The translations under genes and the position numbers were made by a program. Of a stretch of 64,000 bases of DNA, positions 1-9,895 are shown piece after piece (the stretch's first letter is position 1; every line of letters begins with the position of its first letter). The notes under the pieces were generated by a model. The model searched no databases. It was not told the origin of the DNA and saw only the letters and a program-made list of their open reading frames with translations. Source of the DNA: a virus (taxonomy: Duplodnaviria > Caudoviricetes); the IMG/VR virus record IMGVR_UViG_3300028591_000076, positions 32,001-96,000 of that record. The stretch is one strand, 5' to 3'.

Positions 1-1273
1 ATGCAGAAATAGCTGCTGAGTCCATTGTTACAGATGGTGGAATTTTACCATTTATAGCAACAATTGCAAAACCAAAGTTACAGTTATTTTCATCCTTAGT
101 TACAAATGGTAAATACTCCTGAGTTGTCTTATTCCAATAAAGTAATAAAGCTCTTACTTTTTCTGGATTTTCTTCTATAGTAAATGTATATTCGCCATCT
201 TCTGGAGTATCAGTAGCATCTATAATTATAAATGCATCTCTTTCACCACTAGGTAATTTATAAATTCCCTTAGTTATGGATTTAGCTTTACCACCCTCAA
301 AAGAAGCTTGACCCTGAGATACTACTACTGTATATGTATTATCTTTTAAAAGTCCCTGAGATGCAAATGTTATTTTGAAATTATCATTTTGTTCTGATAA
401 AGATGGTATCTTGTCAGATAACAATGTACCAATTTCAGCGTCTAGAGAGTCATCATATCCTTTTACTTTATCTTTAGTAAATGTATACTCTAATGCGATA
501 ATCTTTTCAAGTGAAAGCGCAATACCTTCATTCTTATCTGCACCGTCCCATCCATATGTCGCTGCAAAGCCATCTTCTACTTTCGAAGCAACTTTACATA
601 TATGACTATAAAGAGACTCTTCTGCGTTGGAATTATAATCTATTAAATATACGCCCTTTGGAATATGCCAGTTTTCGAGTGGTAATGCTGCACCATCATA
701 GCCGTATGTGTCCTGTCTAAATCCAGTTCCACCAGTATATTGATAAAATGTAATTTTAGGTGGATGATTATGGTCTACGCCCTCTGGTAAATCACCATAG
801 AACGTAAGTACGCCCGAAAAAATATCAAGATGCCAATCACCTACACCAAAATAAATTCTATCACCAGCATCTGTTGTTAAATAATAATTATAGAGGTCTA
901 ATGCATAATTAAATGGGATAATATTTTGTAAAGGCTTTCCATTTTCATCTACAAGCTTAAATGAGTTATCCGTACCATCATCTATTTTTGTAAGGGGATA
1001 ATTCACATGTTTCGTAAATACAGGTATATATGTGGACTCATCTTTTTGCCAGGTCCATACATCACCATCATTAAAATTTTTGATTTTTATATATGTTTCA
1101 TCCTGTCTAGATGTTGGCTTTGGGATCTGGTCAGCATACATAAGAAGCTGATTTGGATTTACTGAAAATGCAGAGGTTATAGCCTCTTCAAAGAAATCTC
1201 TATTAGTTCGTGTATCTGCTACGCCCGAATAGTGCTTATATAGCTTAGTAGTTATTTGTTTTATGCTTGGCAT
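1..1273 (-). CDS. Probable virion structural protein (tail/baseplate-associated), partial; appears to run off the left edge
   Basis: Not in the ORF track. ATG at 1273 reads MPSIKQITTKLYKHYSG...GDWHLDIFSGVLTFYGDLPEG..HPPKITFYQYTGGTG. I translated about the first 200 codons by hand; the rest is assumed open. RCTAAWT motif upstream at 1331-1337. Confidence 0.65.
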   Translation of the reverse strand, partial: MPSIKQITTKLYKHYSGVADTRTNRDFFEEAITSAFSVNPNQLLMYADQIPKPTSRQDETYIKIKNFNDGDVWTWQKDESTYIPVFTKHVNYPLTKIDDGTDNSFKLVDENGKPLQNIIPFNYALDLYNYYLTTDAGDRIYFGVGDWHLDIFSGVLTFYGDLPEGVDHNHPPKITFYQYTGGTGFRQDTYGYDGAALPLENWHIPKGVYLIDYNSNAEESLYSHICKVASKVEDGFAATYGWDGADKNEGIALSLEKIIALEYTFTKDKVKGYDDSLDAEIGTLLSDKIPSLSEQNDNFKITFASQGLLKDNTYTVVVSQGQASFEGGKAKSITKGIYKLPSGERDAFIIIDATDTPEDGEYTFTIEENPEKVRALLLYWNKTTQEYLPFVTKDENNCNFGFAIVAINGKIPPSVTMDSAAISA

Positions 1274-1420
1274 TTAAAAAATTCCTTAAAAGTACTTTAT
1301 AAGGCCAATTTGGCTTATTTAATCTTATAAAATTAGTAGTAATATTCCGAATGAAGTGAAAAAGCACATAATACTAATTTATTATAATTTATTATATCTT
1401 AAATTAGAGGAAATTAAAAT

Positions 1421-2107
1421 ATGGATTTAGTAGCAGAGTTCTTTGAGTCAATTGATAATAGTGAGCCTAATGAAAATAAAGTATTATCTAAAAAAGATGG
1501 CCTACTTATTTATGGTGGTAGACTACTTATGTATGGCGATGATGCTGTAAGTGATGATATATGTACTTTACATTATGCTTTTATAGGCAAATACACACAT
1601 AAGTACCATGAAGAAAATACAGAAAAATCAAAAGACTTCTTTGTAGTATTTATTGGTGACTCTAATCATAAATATGAAGGTGGCTGGGGTCATGAGGGTT
1701 ATGGAACAGAGCCACCAGATGGGGAATCTTGGTGGAGTGAGAGTGAAATAAAGCTAACGGAATACTATTGGGGTCCTGAATTTTTTGATAACTTTGAAAA
1801 TGCTAAAAAATACTATGAACAAGACAATTTACAACATACACCAGATAACTTAGTAAGTAGTCTACATGATGACGAAGATGCATATATTGACTTAATTGAT
1901 GAGTTCAACAAAAAATATGCAGACACTGTATTTGGTGTAGCTTCAGGCGGATGCTGGGAAAATGGTGATCTTGGTGAAATTGATCTTAAGAGCGATGAAG
2001 CTGATAAAAGTAAGTTTACACTACAAGAGCCAGATGAAGATGCTGGTAGAGGTGCTTGGGCAAAATATTCCGCTTATAAATCTGGTACTGCTAAGAGGCC
2101 CTGGTAA
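1421..2107 (+). CDS. Acidic hypothetical protein, possibly an internal head protein
   Basis: ORF with GAGG RBS; N-terminal DLVAEFFES; ACTAATT upstream at 1373. Confidence 0.75.
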   Translation: MDLVAEFFESIDNSEPNENKVLSKKDGLLIYGGRLLMYGDDAVSDDICTLHYAFIGKYTHKYHEENTEKSKDFFVVFIGDSNHKYEGGWGHEGYGTEPPDGESWWSESEIKLTEYYWGPEFFDNFENAKKYYEQDNLQHTPDNLVSSLHDDEDAYIDLIDEFNKKYADTVFGVASGGCWENGDLGEIDLKSDEADKSKFTLQEPDEDAGRGAWAKYSAYKSGTAKRPW

Positions 2108-2110
2108 AAT

Positions 2111-3151
2111 ATGATTAAATTTAATGATGACGAATTAAAAAATAAAGAAAAAAATGAACTTTTTGCTAAATTTATAAAAGCTCTTAGAAAAGCAGATTTT
2201 ATAGATGATAATGGGTCAGTAAATATATCTAAAATAGCAAAAGATAGAAACTGGCCTAAAACATTAGATATAGAAAATTTTGAGATTGACTCTATAATGG
2301 CAGATGCGCTTGTTGGTAATGCTGGTGGTGACTGGCAAATGGCAACATGGTTTACAGTTTACTATAACAAGAAAAAAGATAGTGTAGACCTTATTATGTT
2401 TGAAGATGGCTCTAATGGTACTGGTAAAAAGCAATCTTTTTCAAAAGTAAAAAAAGAAATACAAAAAATCCTTTCTGGTGAAATATCAGAAAATGATGAT
2501 GATAAAAGTGAAAAATCAGAAGACAAAGATGACGCATCTTCTCATTACTTTTCTGAAGAAGAACTTAGAAAGCTAGGTAAAGAATACCTTGAAAAACTAG
2601 AAAAAGAAGAGTTAGATGAGTCCAAGTCTGGCGATACTAGAACCCTCAAAAAATATTTTAAGGAATTTAATAAAAAATTCTTTAATAATGAAATTCCAGA
2701 TATGGAAATTAAGCTAACAGGTAAGGATACGGAGCATTCTAAAGGAGTTGCAGGCTCATTTAATTACTTTAAGGATATGAAAAGTATTCATAGTAATAAA
2801 AGTGGAAAACATTTCAGCTTAGATGACTTAAGAAATAAAGGTCATAGAGATGATGAGGAAGAAAGAGCTTTTAATTACTTTGTTGAACATTCATATATTG
2901 AACTTCCTAAAGACGTAGTAGAAAAGGGTAAATATTATTTCTGTTCTGTATTACTTCATGAGATGACTCATGCTTGGGTAAATCTTTGCTCTAAGTCACA
3001 TGATAAAGACCCACATGGTCCAACTTTCAGAAAAAAGGTGGATGAAATCAATAGAAAATCTAATAATGAATATCGTGTTGCATATGAACAAGTCCCACAA
3101 GAGCTTGTTTCTGATAAGCCAATAAATGAAAGACCAGAAGATATAAATTAA
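2111..3151 (+). CDS. SprT-like zinc metalloprotease domain protein
   Basis: FNKKFFNNEIP, LLHEMTH (HExxH) and HGPTF motifs in the C-terminal half. Confidence 0.8.
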   Translation: MIKFNDDELKNKEKNELFAKFIKALRKADFIDDNGSVNISKIAKDRNWPKTLDIENFEIDSIMADALVGNAGGDWQMATWFTVYYNKKKDSVDLIMFEDGSNGTGKKQSFSKVKKEIQKILSGEISENDDDKSEKSEDKDDASSHYFSEEELRKLGKEYLEKLEKEELDESKSGDTRTLKKYFKEFNKKFFNNEIPDMEIKLTGKDTEHSKGVAGSFNYFKDMKSIHSNKSGKHFSLDDLRNKGHRDDEEERAFNYFVEHSYIELPKDVVEKGKYYFCSVLLHEMTHAWVNLCSKSHDKDPHGPTFRKKVDEINRKSNNEYRVAYEQVPQELVSDKPINERPEDIN

Positions 3152-3155
3152 ATAT

Positions 3156-3740
3156 ATGAATATTTTTGAATGCGTATATAATTCTGCTAATAATTTAAGG
3201 CTATTTGAAATGGCTGCTGAAACGGCTTATAGAAATAGAATCGCGCCAGAACTTAAAAATGCAAAGCTTGGTAAACCTTTAAACATCTCTAACGCTGGCG
3301 CGGTATTAAATAACTATAATGAAATACCAATTTTTACAGATATAAATGGTAATGAAATTACTCAATCTCAATTTGTTATCAATTTATATAATCTTGGTAT
3401 AAAGGACGGCTATGAGCCACAAAAAGTAAAAGACGCTATATTTTATTATTTATATCCAGCTAATAAAAAATTTATTATTCCAGAAAATTGGTCATATATT
3501 GAAAAGAAAAAACGTACATATGATGGTAAAGAAATAACTGTAAAAATAAACCTAACTAGATATACTAGCTTAGATATGGTCATAACTGAAATTATTAGCG
3601 CATATTTAGATAATTATAAAATTGTAGAAATAACTGATAAAAATAATCAGCTTATTTTTGAAATAAAGAAAAATAATAAGGTACTAGATGAAGTTAAAGA
3701 TAAAGAGATATTAGGTCAACTTAAATCTCAAGAGAAATAA
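3156..3740 (+). CDS. Hypothetical protein with N-terminal IFECVYN motif
   Basis: ORF in operon with the previous two; LFE|MA resembles a prohead protease site. Confidence 0.7.
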   Translation: MNIFECVYNSANNLRLFEMAAETAYRNRIAPELKNAKLGKPLNISNAGAVLNNYNEIPIFTDINGNEITQSQFVINLYNLGIKDGYEPQKVKDAIFYYLYPANKKFIIPENWSYIEKKKRTYDGKEITVKINLTRYTSLDMVITEIISAYLDNYKIVEITDKNNQLIFEIKKNNKVLDEVKDKEILGQLKSQEK

Positions 3741-4011
3741 TATCTTTATTTCCGCCATTTTTAATATAAAAATCCATAATTACATTAGCCTCTTTATTAT
3801 TTAAGCTAACACAAGTATTGATCATCTTGTATTCACTAATAGCTTTAATAATTCCATCATTTAATGGAAATACTTTAAGTTTCATTGGCGTTTCTACTTC
3901 ATGTTCTTTTTTATTGGTAATAAGGTCTATACCAAAAAGTGAATCAAATTTGCCAGTTCCCAAAATATAAGCGAATACAGCGTATTTTTTATTTAAATCT
4001 TTAATATTCAT
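3721..4011 (-). CDS. Hypothetical protein
   Basis: AAGGAG RBS; TTACATATT motif at 4033-4041. Confidence 0.7.
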   Translation of the reverse strand: MNIKDLNKKYAVFAYILGTGKFDSLFGIDLITNKKEHEVETPMKLKVFPLNDGIIKAISEYKMINTCVSLNNKEANVIMDFYIKNGGNKDIISLEI

Positions 4012-4032
4012 ATTAGTCTCCTTACATTACAT

Positions 4033-4041
4033 AATATGTAA
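4033..4041 (-). promoter_or_regulatory. TTACATATT promoter-like motif (class A)
   Basis: One of about 15 intergenic copies oriented toward the downstream gene. Confidence 0.6.
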
Positions 4042-4063
4042 AAAGTATATAGAAAATATGAAA

Positions 4064-4360
4064 TTATAAAAAATACTCGCTAGCTATATCAGGCGCATCT
4101 TCAAACCAGAATGGTATTATTTGTTGGTTAGTATCTACTAGGTCTATATAAAAAATTTTATTTTCTTTAGCAGCTCTATTCTCAATCTCTTTTCTTAATT
4201 CTAACGAATATTCGCCGACAGTATAATATCCATCAATTTTTGTAGGATATTTATGTTCATCTATAAGCTTTAATACCTGGTCCGGACTGCCAACATAATA
4301 TAGACTAGCAAGTAATTGCTGTGACATTATGCTATTTTTTAAAGTTATACTATTATTCAT
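4064..4360 (-). CDS. Small hypothetical protein, C-terminal tag DIASEYFL
   Basis: ORF in minus-strand cluster. Confidence 0.7.
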   Translation of the reverse strand: MNNSITLKNSIMSQQLLASLYYVGSPDQVLKLIDEHKYPTKIDGYYTVGEYSLELRKEIENRAAKENKIFYIDLVDTNQQIIPFWFEDAPDIASEYFL

Positions 4361-4397
4361 CTTCTAAATTCCTTTATATATGAACTCATACATTTCC

Positions 4398-4730
4398 TTA
4401 TAAAAAATAATTGTTAATTTGATCCATACTATCTTTATAAGAAAGTATTTTATGCAAAATATCTTCTACATATTCTTCTTCTTTAGGATTAAAAGAGTAA
4501 TTATGCAGGTTATTTTTACTAATAACGCTTATAATAATATGGTCCGCTTGAATAAGTTTTGTTTTACCTATCAAAGACCACTGTTCATATATAGAATGTA
4601 CGATATGTTTATAAACTAAGTATTGTTCTACACCGATGTAAACAGTTTCGTCTAGATTGTCCTTAAAAAAGCTATAAATAAGACTATCATTTTTATTTAT
4701 TAACTCTTCTATATTATTGTTTTTATTCAT
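4398..4730 (-). CDS. Small hypothetical protein, C-terminal tag QINNYFL; paralog of 4740-5042
   Basis: LIYSFFKDNLDETVYIG aligns with CLYDFLKAHAGEQVNVD. Confidence 0.7.
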   Translation of the reverse strand: MNKNNNIEELINKNDSLIYSFFKDNLDETVYIGVEQYLVYKHIVHSIYEQWSLIGKTKLIQADHIIISVISKNNLHNYSFNPKEEEYVEDILHKILSYKDSMDQINNYFL

Positions 4731-4739
4731 ATATAAACC

Positions 4740-5042
4740 TTAAGAATAATAATTATTAATATACCTTTCTTCATATATACTTCTAACCATTTTAGCTAGG
4801 TCAGCTTTTAAAAACTTATCCCATACTTCTACATCATCATCAATAAGAGCAAATTTATTTAATTTTATGTAATATACTAATAATATTCCATATTTAACAT
4901 TTGCAAGCTCATAAGTATCAGCTAACGTAAATTTTGCGTCTGAAATAAAATAAAATCTACCATCTACATTAACTTGTTCCCCAGCATGCGCTTTAAGAAA
5001 ATCATATAAACATCTATTAGTTTTCATCATTTCAGGAGTCAT
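4740..5042 (-). CDS. Small hypothetical protein, C-terminal tag YINNYYS
   Basis: ORF; paralog of 4398-4730. Confidence 0.7.
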   Translation of the reverse strand: MTPEMMKTNRCLYDFLKAHAGEQVNVDGRFYFISDAKFTLADTYELANVKYGILLVYYIKLNKFALIDDDVEVWDKFLKADLAKMVRSIYEERYINNYYS

Positions 5043-5113
5043 TTTATAATTTTCTAGTTATGAGTCTACTTTTGTATTTTCTCTCTTAAAAAAACTCATA
5101 AGTTTATCCTTAA

Positions 5114-5201
5114 AAATGTGAATTTTTTGAAATTGAAGTTATATTAATTAATGTATAGTAAGAAGGAATATAGCTTTTGGCTTGCGTAGCGCCAATTAAT
5201 A
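5114..5201 (+). repeat. Dispersed non-coding repeat, copy 1 (copy 2 at 61213-61299)
   Basis: Shared blocks aaatgtgaatttttt, tgaagttatattaattaatgtatagtaagaag and ggcttgcgtagcgccaattaata. Confidence 0.9.
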
Positions 5202-5459
5202 ATTATAATATTTTTCTATATTTGTATCATTTGTTTCGTTTATTATAAATTCGTATACAACAACACCAGAAATTGTTGTATTTAAATAATTTATTTTATA
5301 TTTTATATTATGGTCATCTAAAAAGCTTCTTATTAAAATTGCTGGAATACCATTATATCCATAATTTGCTATTAAAGATGTAAATTTATTATTAAATGCG
5401 TCTTTTAATTGAGGAAATTGCTCTAGTAAAGTTTTTTCATTAGCAGTAATATCAGCCAT
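5196..5459 (-). CDS. Small hypothetical protein, C-terminal tag NIEKYYNY; paralog of 5452-5763
   Basis: FPQLKDAFN..LDDHNIKYKI aligns with YPDLQKALN..LDKKKLNYKL. Confidence 0.7.
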   Translation of the reverse strand: MADITANEKTLLEQFPQLKDAFNNKFTSLIANYGYNGIPAILIRSFLDDHNIKYKINYLNTTISGVVVYEFIINETNDTNIEKYYNY

Positions 5460-5763
5460 AATAATAATTCTCTAACTTATCCATATTTATAAAAATTCTG
5501 TAGGACTGTATAATACCGCATGTTACTTTTTCAGCAGATAATTTATAATTTAATTTTTTCTTATCCAGTAATTCTAATATTTTTTCTTTTTGATTTGGTG
5601 CAGGTGAACCAATCATATATTCATTAAACTCAATAGGAATTACAAAAGATACATATTCACCATTTAGCGCTTTTTGTAAATCTGGATATAAGCTAATAAT
5701 ACCATTATCAGTATATCGAATATATCCATTAGAGTATTGAACGGTTAAGGGACTTTCTTCCAT
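5452..5763 (-). CDS. Small hypothetical protein, C-terminal tag KLENYYYG
   Basis: ORF; TTACATATT 8 nt upstream of the ATG; no SD. Confidence 0.7.
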   Translation of the reverse strand: MEESPLTVQYSNGYIRYTDNGIISLYPDLQKALNGEYVSFVIPIEFNEYMIGSPAPNQKEKILELLDKKKLNYKLSAEKVTCGIIQSYRIFINMDKLENYYYG

Positions 5764-5771
5764 ATGTATAT

Positions 5772-5780
5772 AATATGTAA
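5772..5780 (-). promoter_or_regulatory. TTACATATT promoter-like motif (class A), leaderless arrangement
   Basis: 8 nt before the ATG at 5763. Confidence 0.6.
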
Positions 5781-5850
5781 ATACTATTTATTTTAGTATA
5801 TAAAAGGCAATTAAGAGTTTTTACTAAATAGTATAGGAGAATTTATATTT

Positions 5851-7122
5851 ATGTTTAATGAGTCAATAATATCAGATAAAGAATATAATAAAAACTTAAA
5901 AGCTAACTTAGCACAGTCCTTAAAGGATGAGTTATATATTTTCGAAGATGAATTTAAAGATTATAAGTTAGAAGTAGAAAATCCGAAAAAGCTTGATAAA
6001 GGATTTGATGCAAAATTAAATATTTATAATAAGAAAAATGAGTTAGTAGGTTATATTGCATATTATGAAACTCACTACTTAAATATTTGCGCTTATACGG
6101 CAGATAATGATATGGTAGCACATGAAATTGGCAACTGGGGTGACCAAAGAAATATTGCAAAACTTATTAGAATTTTAATAAATCCGGATGTTACAAAAGC
6201 TATTGTTACATATGAAGCAAATATAAATTCATTAAAAGAAAATATTGATTTAGAAAAAAAGCCAGAAGCTGCATTAGAACAAGTATTTATTGGTACCGAA
6301 AAAGTTTCATCACATGATGAAGAAGATACAAAGTTAAAGGACTATTGTGATAAACTTTTACTAACAGCTGACGAAAGAGAAAAGGTTATTGATTACTTAA
6401 ATAATCGTTTTCCAAATGAATCAAAAAATGGAAATGAGTTTGCAAATGGATGTATAACTCGTAAAAAAAATATAGATGACGCTATTAAGTCTTTAAGCCT
6501 ATCCGCATTTGCTCTACAAAGAATTGAGTCTTATAAAGATGCAGAAAAAGGTAAGCAATATATTGTTCTTTTTATAAAAAATGCTCTCTTAAAAGATGAC
6601 TATCATGATCAACATCCCGCTTATAAATTAAATACCAAAGCTGAAGACCGAACTAATCCAGAATTAGATAATGCAGCTACTATTGATAGACTTCATGCTC
6701 TTATTTTTAAGAATAGGGAAAATGCGCAAAATTATTTGGATAATCATGAAGAATTTAAGAATGAAGGTTTTAAGGTAGCTAAAGTTGATATTGGCGGCTA
6801 TGAATTATGGAGCTGTCAAGATTTAGTAGATTATGAGAGCTTAAAAGAAAATATATATCTTGGTAGACAAGATAGCCTGGTATTAAAAGAAATACCTAAT
6901 AGCGTAAGACCTAAGTTCTTAAAGAAAAACGGTAAATGTTCAAATATTATATATGCTGATAAAAAAGATTATCAAAATACCTCAGATAAAAACAATATTG
7001 ATTACGAAAAAGGGTGGATATTAAAAAGAAATCCAGAACCAGAAAAACTACACAATAAATTTGCAAAGGATGAAAAGAAAGGCGTTTGGTACGGTATAGC
7101 GCCAGGTGATATTGGAGAATAA
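5851..7122 (+). CDS. Hypothetical protein, possibly virion-packaged
   Basis: 423 aa; AGGAG RBS; ACTAAAT at 5823; two SLKENI sites. Confidence 0.75.
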   Translation: MFNESIISDKEYNKNLKANLAQSLKDELYIFEDEFKDYKLEVENPKKLDKGFDAKLNIYNKKNELVGYIAYYETHYLNICAYTADNDMVAHEIGNWGDQRNIAKLIRILINPDVTKAIVTYEANINSLKENIDLEKKPEAALEQVFIGTEKVSSHDEEDTKLKDYCDKLLLTADEREKVIDYLNNRFPNESKNGNEFANGCITRKKNIDDAIKSLSLSAFALQRIESYKDAEKGKQYIVLFIKNALLKDDYHDQHPAYKLNTKAEDRTNPELDNAATIDRLHALIFKNRENAQNYLDNHEEFKNEGFKVAKVDIGGYELWSCQDLVDYESLKENIYLGRQDSLVLKEIPNSVRPKFLKKNGKCSNIIYADKKDYQNTSDKNNIDYEKGWILKRNPEPEKLHNKFAKDEKKGVWYGIAPGDIGE

Positions 7123-7129
7123 TATTAAA

Positions 7130-7151
7130 AAGGCTAGTATTAACTAGCCTT
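7130..7151. terminator. Bidirectional intrinsic terminator
   Basis: aaggctagt/actagcctt hairpin between convergent genes. Confidence 0.75.
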
Positions 7152-7154
7152 ATT

Positions 7155-7895
7155 TTATTTATAGTAAACTGCTACTTGGCACTTTCTATAAAGAGTTGCA
7201 CCATTTTCTTTCCAAAGTTTATTATTAATAGCACTTCCCCAAGTATCTTCTTTATTCATAGGATATAATTTCTTATAATCACAATATGTGCTATCTGGAA
7301 TAATATTTAATAACGAAAGTCCTTCATGACATGCTAAAACATCATGTAAACGTTTGTCACTATTAAATTTATACTCTTCTTGTAATTCTTTAAAAAATTT
7401 AGAAGACCATAATCCTTTAATAGTATTTTTTTCATCATGACATAAATGTTTACCAACTAAAATAATTTCACTTAATTTATTTTCTGGCATAGATAAAACT
7501 TTTTTAGTTGACTCTATGTCCATATTAAAGTTGTAAGTTCTAACAAACTCTTTATATTTAAACTTTGGAAGTTGCTCTTCAGCTACTATGATATTATTTC
7601 CTACAAAACCGCCATTCATAACTAAAGTATCTAATGTATTTCCAGCTTCTAAGAACTCAGCAACTTTTGTAAGCGCACCACCACAAAATACTATTTCAGT
7701 GCCTAATTGAATTTCTGGAAACTTAGCTACGCCTTTAAGAATAAATTTATTTAATCTCTGTTTTCCTTCTTCTGATATAGGTTCAGGATCACAAACAATA
7801 TAAGATAATGCGTCATATTTGAGAAGGTATTCTATTGCAATTATATCATCAATATCTTGGTCTAGGTCTGCTATATAAGCTACTTTAGTTTTCAT
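7155..7895 (-). CDS. Nucleoside hydrolase (IU-NH)-like protein
   Basis: N-terminal DLDQDIDD (DxDxxxDD), VMNGG, YNFNMD and LHDVLA motifs. Confidence 0.7.
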   Translation of the reverse strand: MKTKVAYIADLDQDIDDIIAIEYLLKYDALSYIVCDPEPISEEGKQRLNKFILKGVAKFPEIQLGTEIVFCGGALTKVAEFLEAGNTLDTLVMNGGFVGNNIIVAEEQLPKFKYKEFVRTYNFNMDIESTKKVLSMPENKLSEIILVGKHLCHDEKNTIKGLWSSKFFKELQEEYKFNSDKRLHDVLACHEGLSLLNIIPDSTYCDYKKLYPMNKEDTWGSAINNKLWKENGATLYRKCQVAVYYK

Positions 7896-7959
7896 ATTTA
7901 TAATATGTAAATTAATATATTATGGGCGCTATTATTATATATGGGAGTCATATTATTTT

Positions 7960-8652
7960 ATGTCATATTTAACACATAAAGCGGATTTTTTAGATTTTTA
8001 TGAAATGTCTAATAATAAAAAAGAGTTTATAAAAAATTTGGATTTATATGTAGATAATATTAAAGTTGTAGTTAATAATGAAGTTGACTTAATACCATAT
8101 TATCCATTTCTTATATCTTCTTCTAGTACTACCCCATCAAAAGTTGTAGTAAACTTAACAAAATGTTCATATATCGATACGCTAGAACTAGATATAATAT
8201 CATTAATGATATATCTTTGTGTAAAACAAGCTAAAAAACATAAAAATGATAAATCAAAAATTTTAGTAGATGAAGATTTTGTTAGTCAGCTTCATACTTA
8301 CCCAGAATCTATATTTATTTTAGATATTATATTAGAAAATAAACTTACAAATAAAATTCCGCTCTTTAATAGAGATGCAGCTAAATTTCATAGATATTGT
8401 AATAATTGGCTAATACCAGAATATTTTAGTAATATAAGGTCTTATGCAGCAAATAATTTAAGAATAAAATGGCTAGAATTAGCAAAGGATAATAATTATA
8501 TAGTTTCATTATATGATGCTGATAAGAACGAATTCATAAGGTATAATGAAGATGGAATATATTCAAAAATAATAAATGATGCAGTTTTAAAAATTTATTT
8601 TTATATTAATTTTCTTAAAAAGAAAAATTCATTAAAAACATTTTCAATTTAA
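7960..8652 (+). CDS. Hypothetical protein
   Basis: 230 aa ORF with GGGAG RBS. Confidence 0.7.
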   Translation: MSYLTHKADFLDFYEMSNNKKEFIKNLDLYVDNIKVVVNNEVDLIPYYPFLISSSSTTPSKVVVNLTKCSYIDTLELDIISLMIYLCVKQAKKHKNDKSKILVDEDFVSQLHTYPESIFILDIILENKLTNKIPLFNRDAAKFHRYCNNWLIPEYFSNIRSYAANNLRIKWLELAKDNNYIVSLYDADKNEFIRYNEDGIYSKIINDAVLKIYFYINFLKKKNSLKTFSI

Positions 8653-8655
8653 AAT

Positions 8656-8681
8656 AAAAGCTGCCTATTTGGCAGCTTTTT
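8656..8681. terminator. Bidirectional intrinsic terminator
   Basis: aaaagctgcc tattt ggcagctttt; near-identical hairpin at 20029-20055. Confidence 0.8.
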
Positions 8682-8688
8682 ATATTTA

Positions 8689-8916
8689 CTAAGCGAACAA
8701 TTCCTCATATATATCAAATTCAGTTTCAACTAAATTTGAAGAGTCTATTTCTGATAATTGTTCAGTATCATTATTAAACTCATTATAAGACATATCATCA
8801 AAAATATCATCAAAATAATAATTTGATGAGTTATCATCCGACTCTTCTACTTCCGTAGGACCTACAATATCTAAACTTTCCAAGTCTAATTCGTCGTATA
8901 TCTGGTCGTCGCTCAA
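8689..8916 (-). CDS. Extremely acidic small protein
   Basis: 26 D/E in 75 aa and no K, R or H; TTG start after AGAGG. Confidence 0.6.
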   Translation of the reverse strand: MSDDQIYDELDLESLDIVGPTEVEESDDNSSNYYFDDIFDDMSYNEFNNDTEQLSEIDSSNLVETEFDIYEELFA

Positions 8917-8978
8917 AATAAACCTCTTTATTTTATATTAGCCTTTACTTAATTAGGCTATATTCTTAAAAGGCATTA

Positions 8979-9842
8979 TTAGCAAATAGCAACTGGCTTA
9001 TTTAAGAAATGCGCATATTTTCTATTAGGGTTATCTACAGATTTCCAGTATTTTAGCATATAATTAAATGATACTTCAATATCGTTACCAGATTGATTAC
9101 CATCATATTTATTTGTAGACTCTATTATTTTTCCCCATGGATCATCTACTATAAGATTAGTAATAACTTTAGATAGTCCAGCAGAAGTATTATCCTCACT
9201 ATTTATCCATTTTATTAAATCATCTTCAGATGTAGCTTCAAAACCAACAATAGTAATAATATGCCCTTTTAATCCGCCCCATTGTACAGAAGTTGGAATG
9301 GCAATTCTATTTTCATATAGCTGTTTAACAATATCTTTCATTGTAGCACTAGTAGTAAATGTATCAGCTTTAGAACAGCCCATATATTCATTAAAATAAT
9401 GCGCTAGTACCTCATGTAACTCTAAAGGAGTATATGCATTTGGATCACCTTCATACCAGTTTTTCCATAATTGTGGCATTTTTTGCTTAAACCAGTTATT
9501 TTCTTTATTACATTCTGTAATAGTATAATCTGCTAAGGCATCTGGCTCTCTTTCATATGCAGACTTAGGGAAAATCCAGCCAGAATATAGCGCAGCCATT
9601 CCTAAGCTATGAACATTACAAACACAAGTCCAGTTAATTGTATTAGTACCGTATTGTCCTTTCTGTTCATGCACATATTTTGACTTTCTTTGACTATAAT
9701 TATCCTTGCCTTCTGATACGTTTAATCTAAACATTATTTTCTTCTCCTCTATACTAGTACTGCTTATAGTACTTTCTGTATTGGTAATATACTTTTTTCT
9801 TAAAATCTTAAAAATTTTTAGAATTATATCTAGTAGCTTCAT
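8979..9842 (-). CDS. Peptidase C39-like (papain-fold) protein, candidate endolysin
   Basis: YSQR..CNVHS..GHIITIVG..VDDPWG give a Cys/His/Asp triad pattern. Confidence 0.7.
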   Translation of the reverse strand: MKLLDIILKIFKILRKKYITNTESTISSTSIEEKKIMFRLNVSEGKDNYSQRKSKYVHEQKGQYGTNTINWTCVCNVHSLGMAALYSGWIFPKSAYEREPDALADYTITECNKENNWFKQKMPQLWKNWYEGDPNAYTPLELHEVLAHYFNEYMGCSKADTFTTSATMKDIVKQLYENRIAIPTSVQWGGLKGHIITIVGFEATSEDDLIKWINSEDNTSAGLSKVITNLIVDDPWGKIIESTNKYDGNQSGNDIEVSFNYMLKYWKSVDNPNRKYAHFLNKPVAIC

Positions 9843-9895
9843 CTATTTAATTTAGTAATACTGACATTTTATCAAATTAAATTACATATTTTAAT

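Noticed and set aside
375-720. Two short + strand ORFs
   Set aside because: Antisense shadows of the long minus-strand gene starting at 1273.
8656-8681. Near-identical hairpins at 8656 and 20029 as a mobile repeat
   Set aside because: Both sit between convergent genes with A/T runs and are fully explained as terminators.
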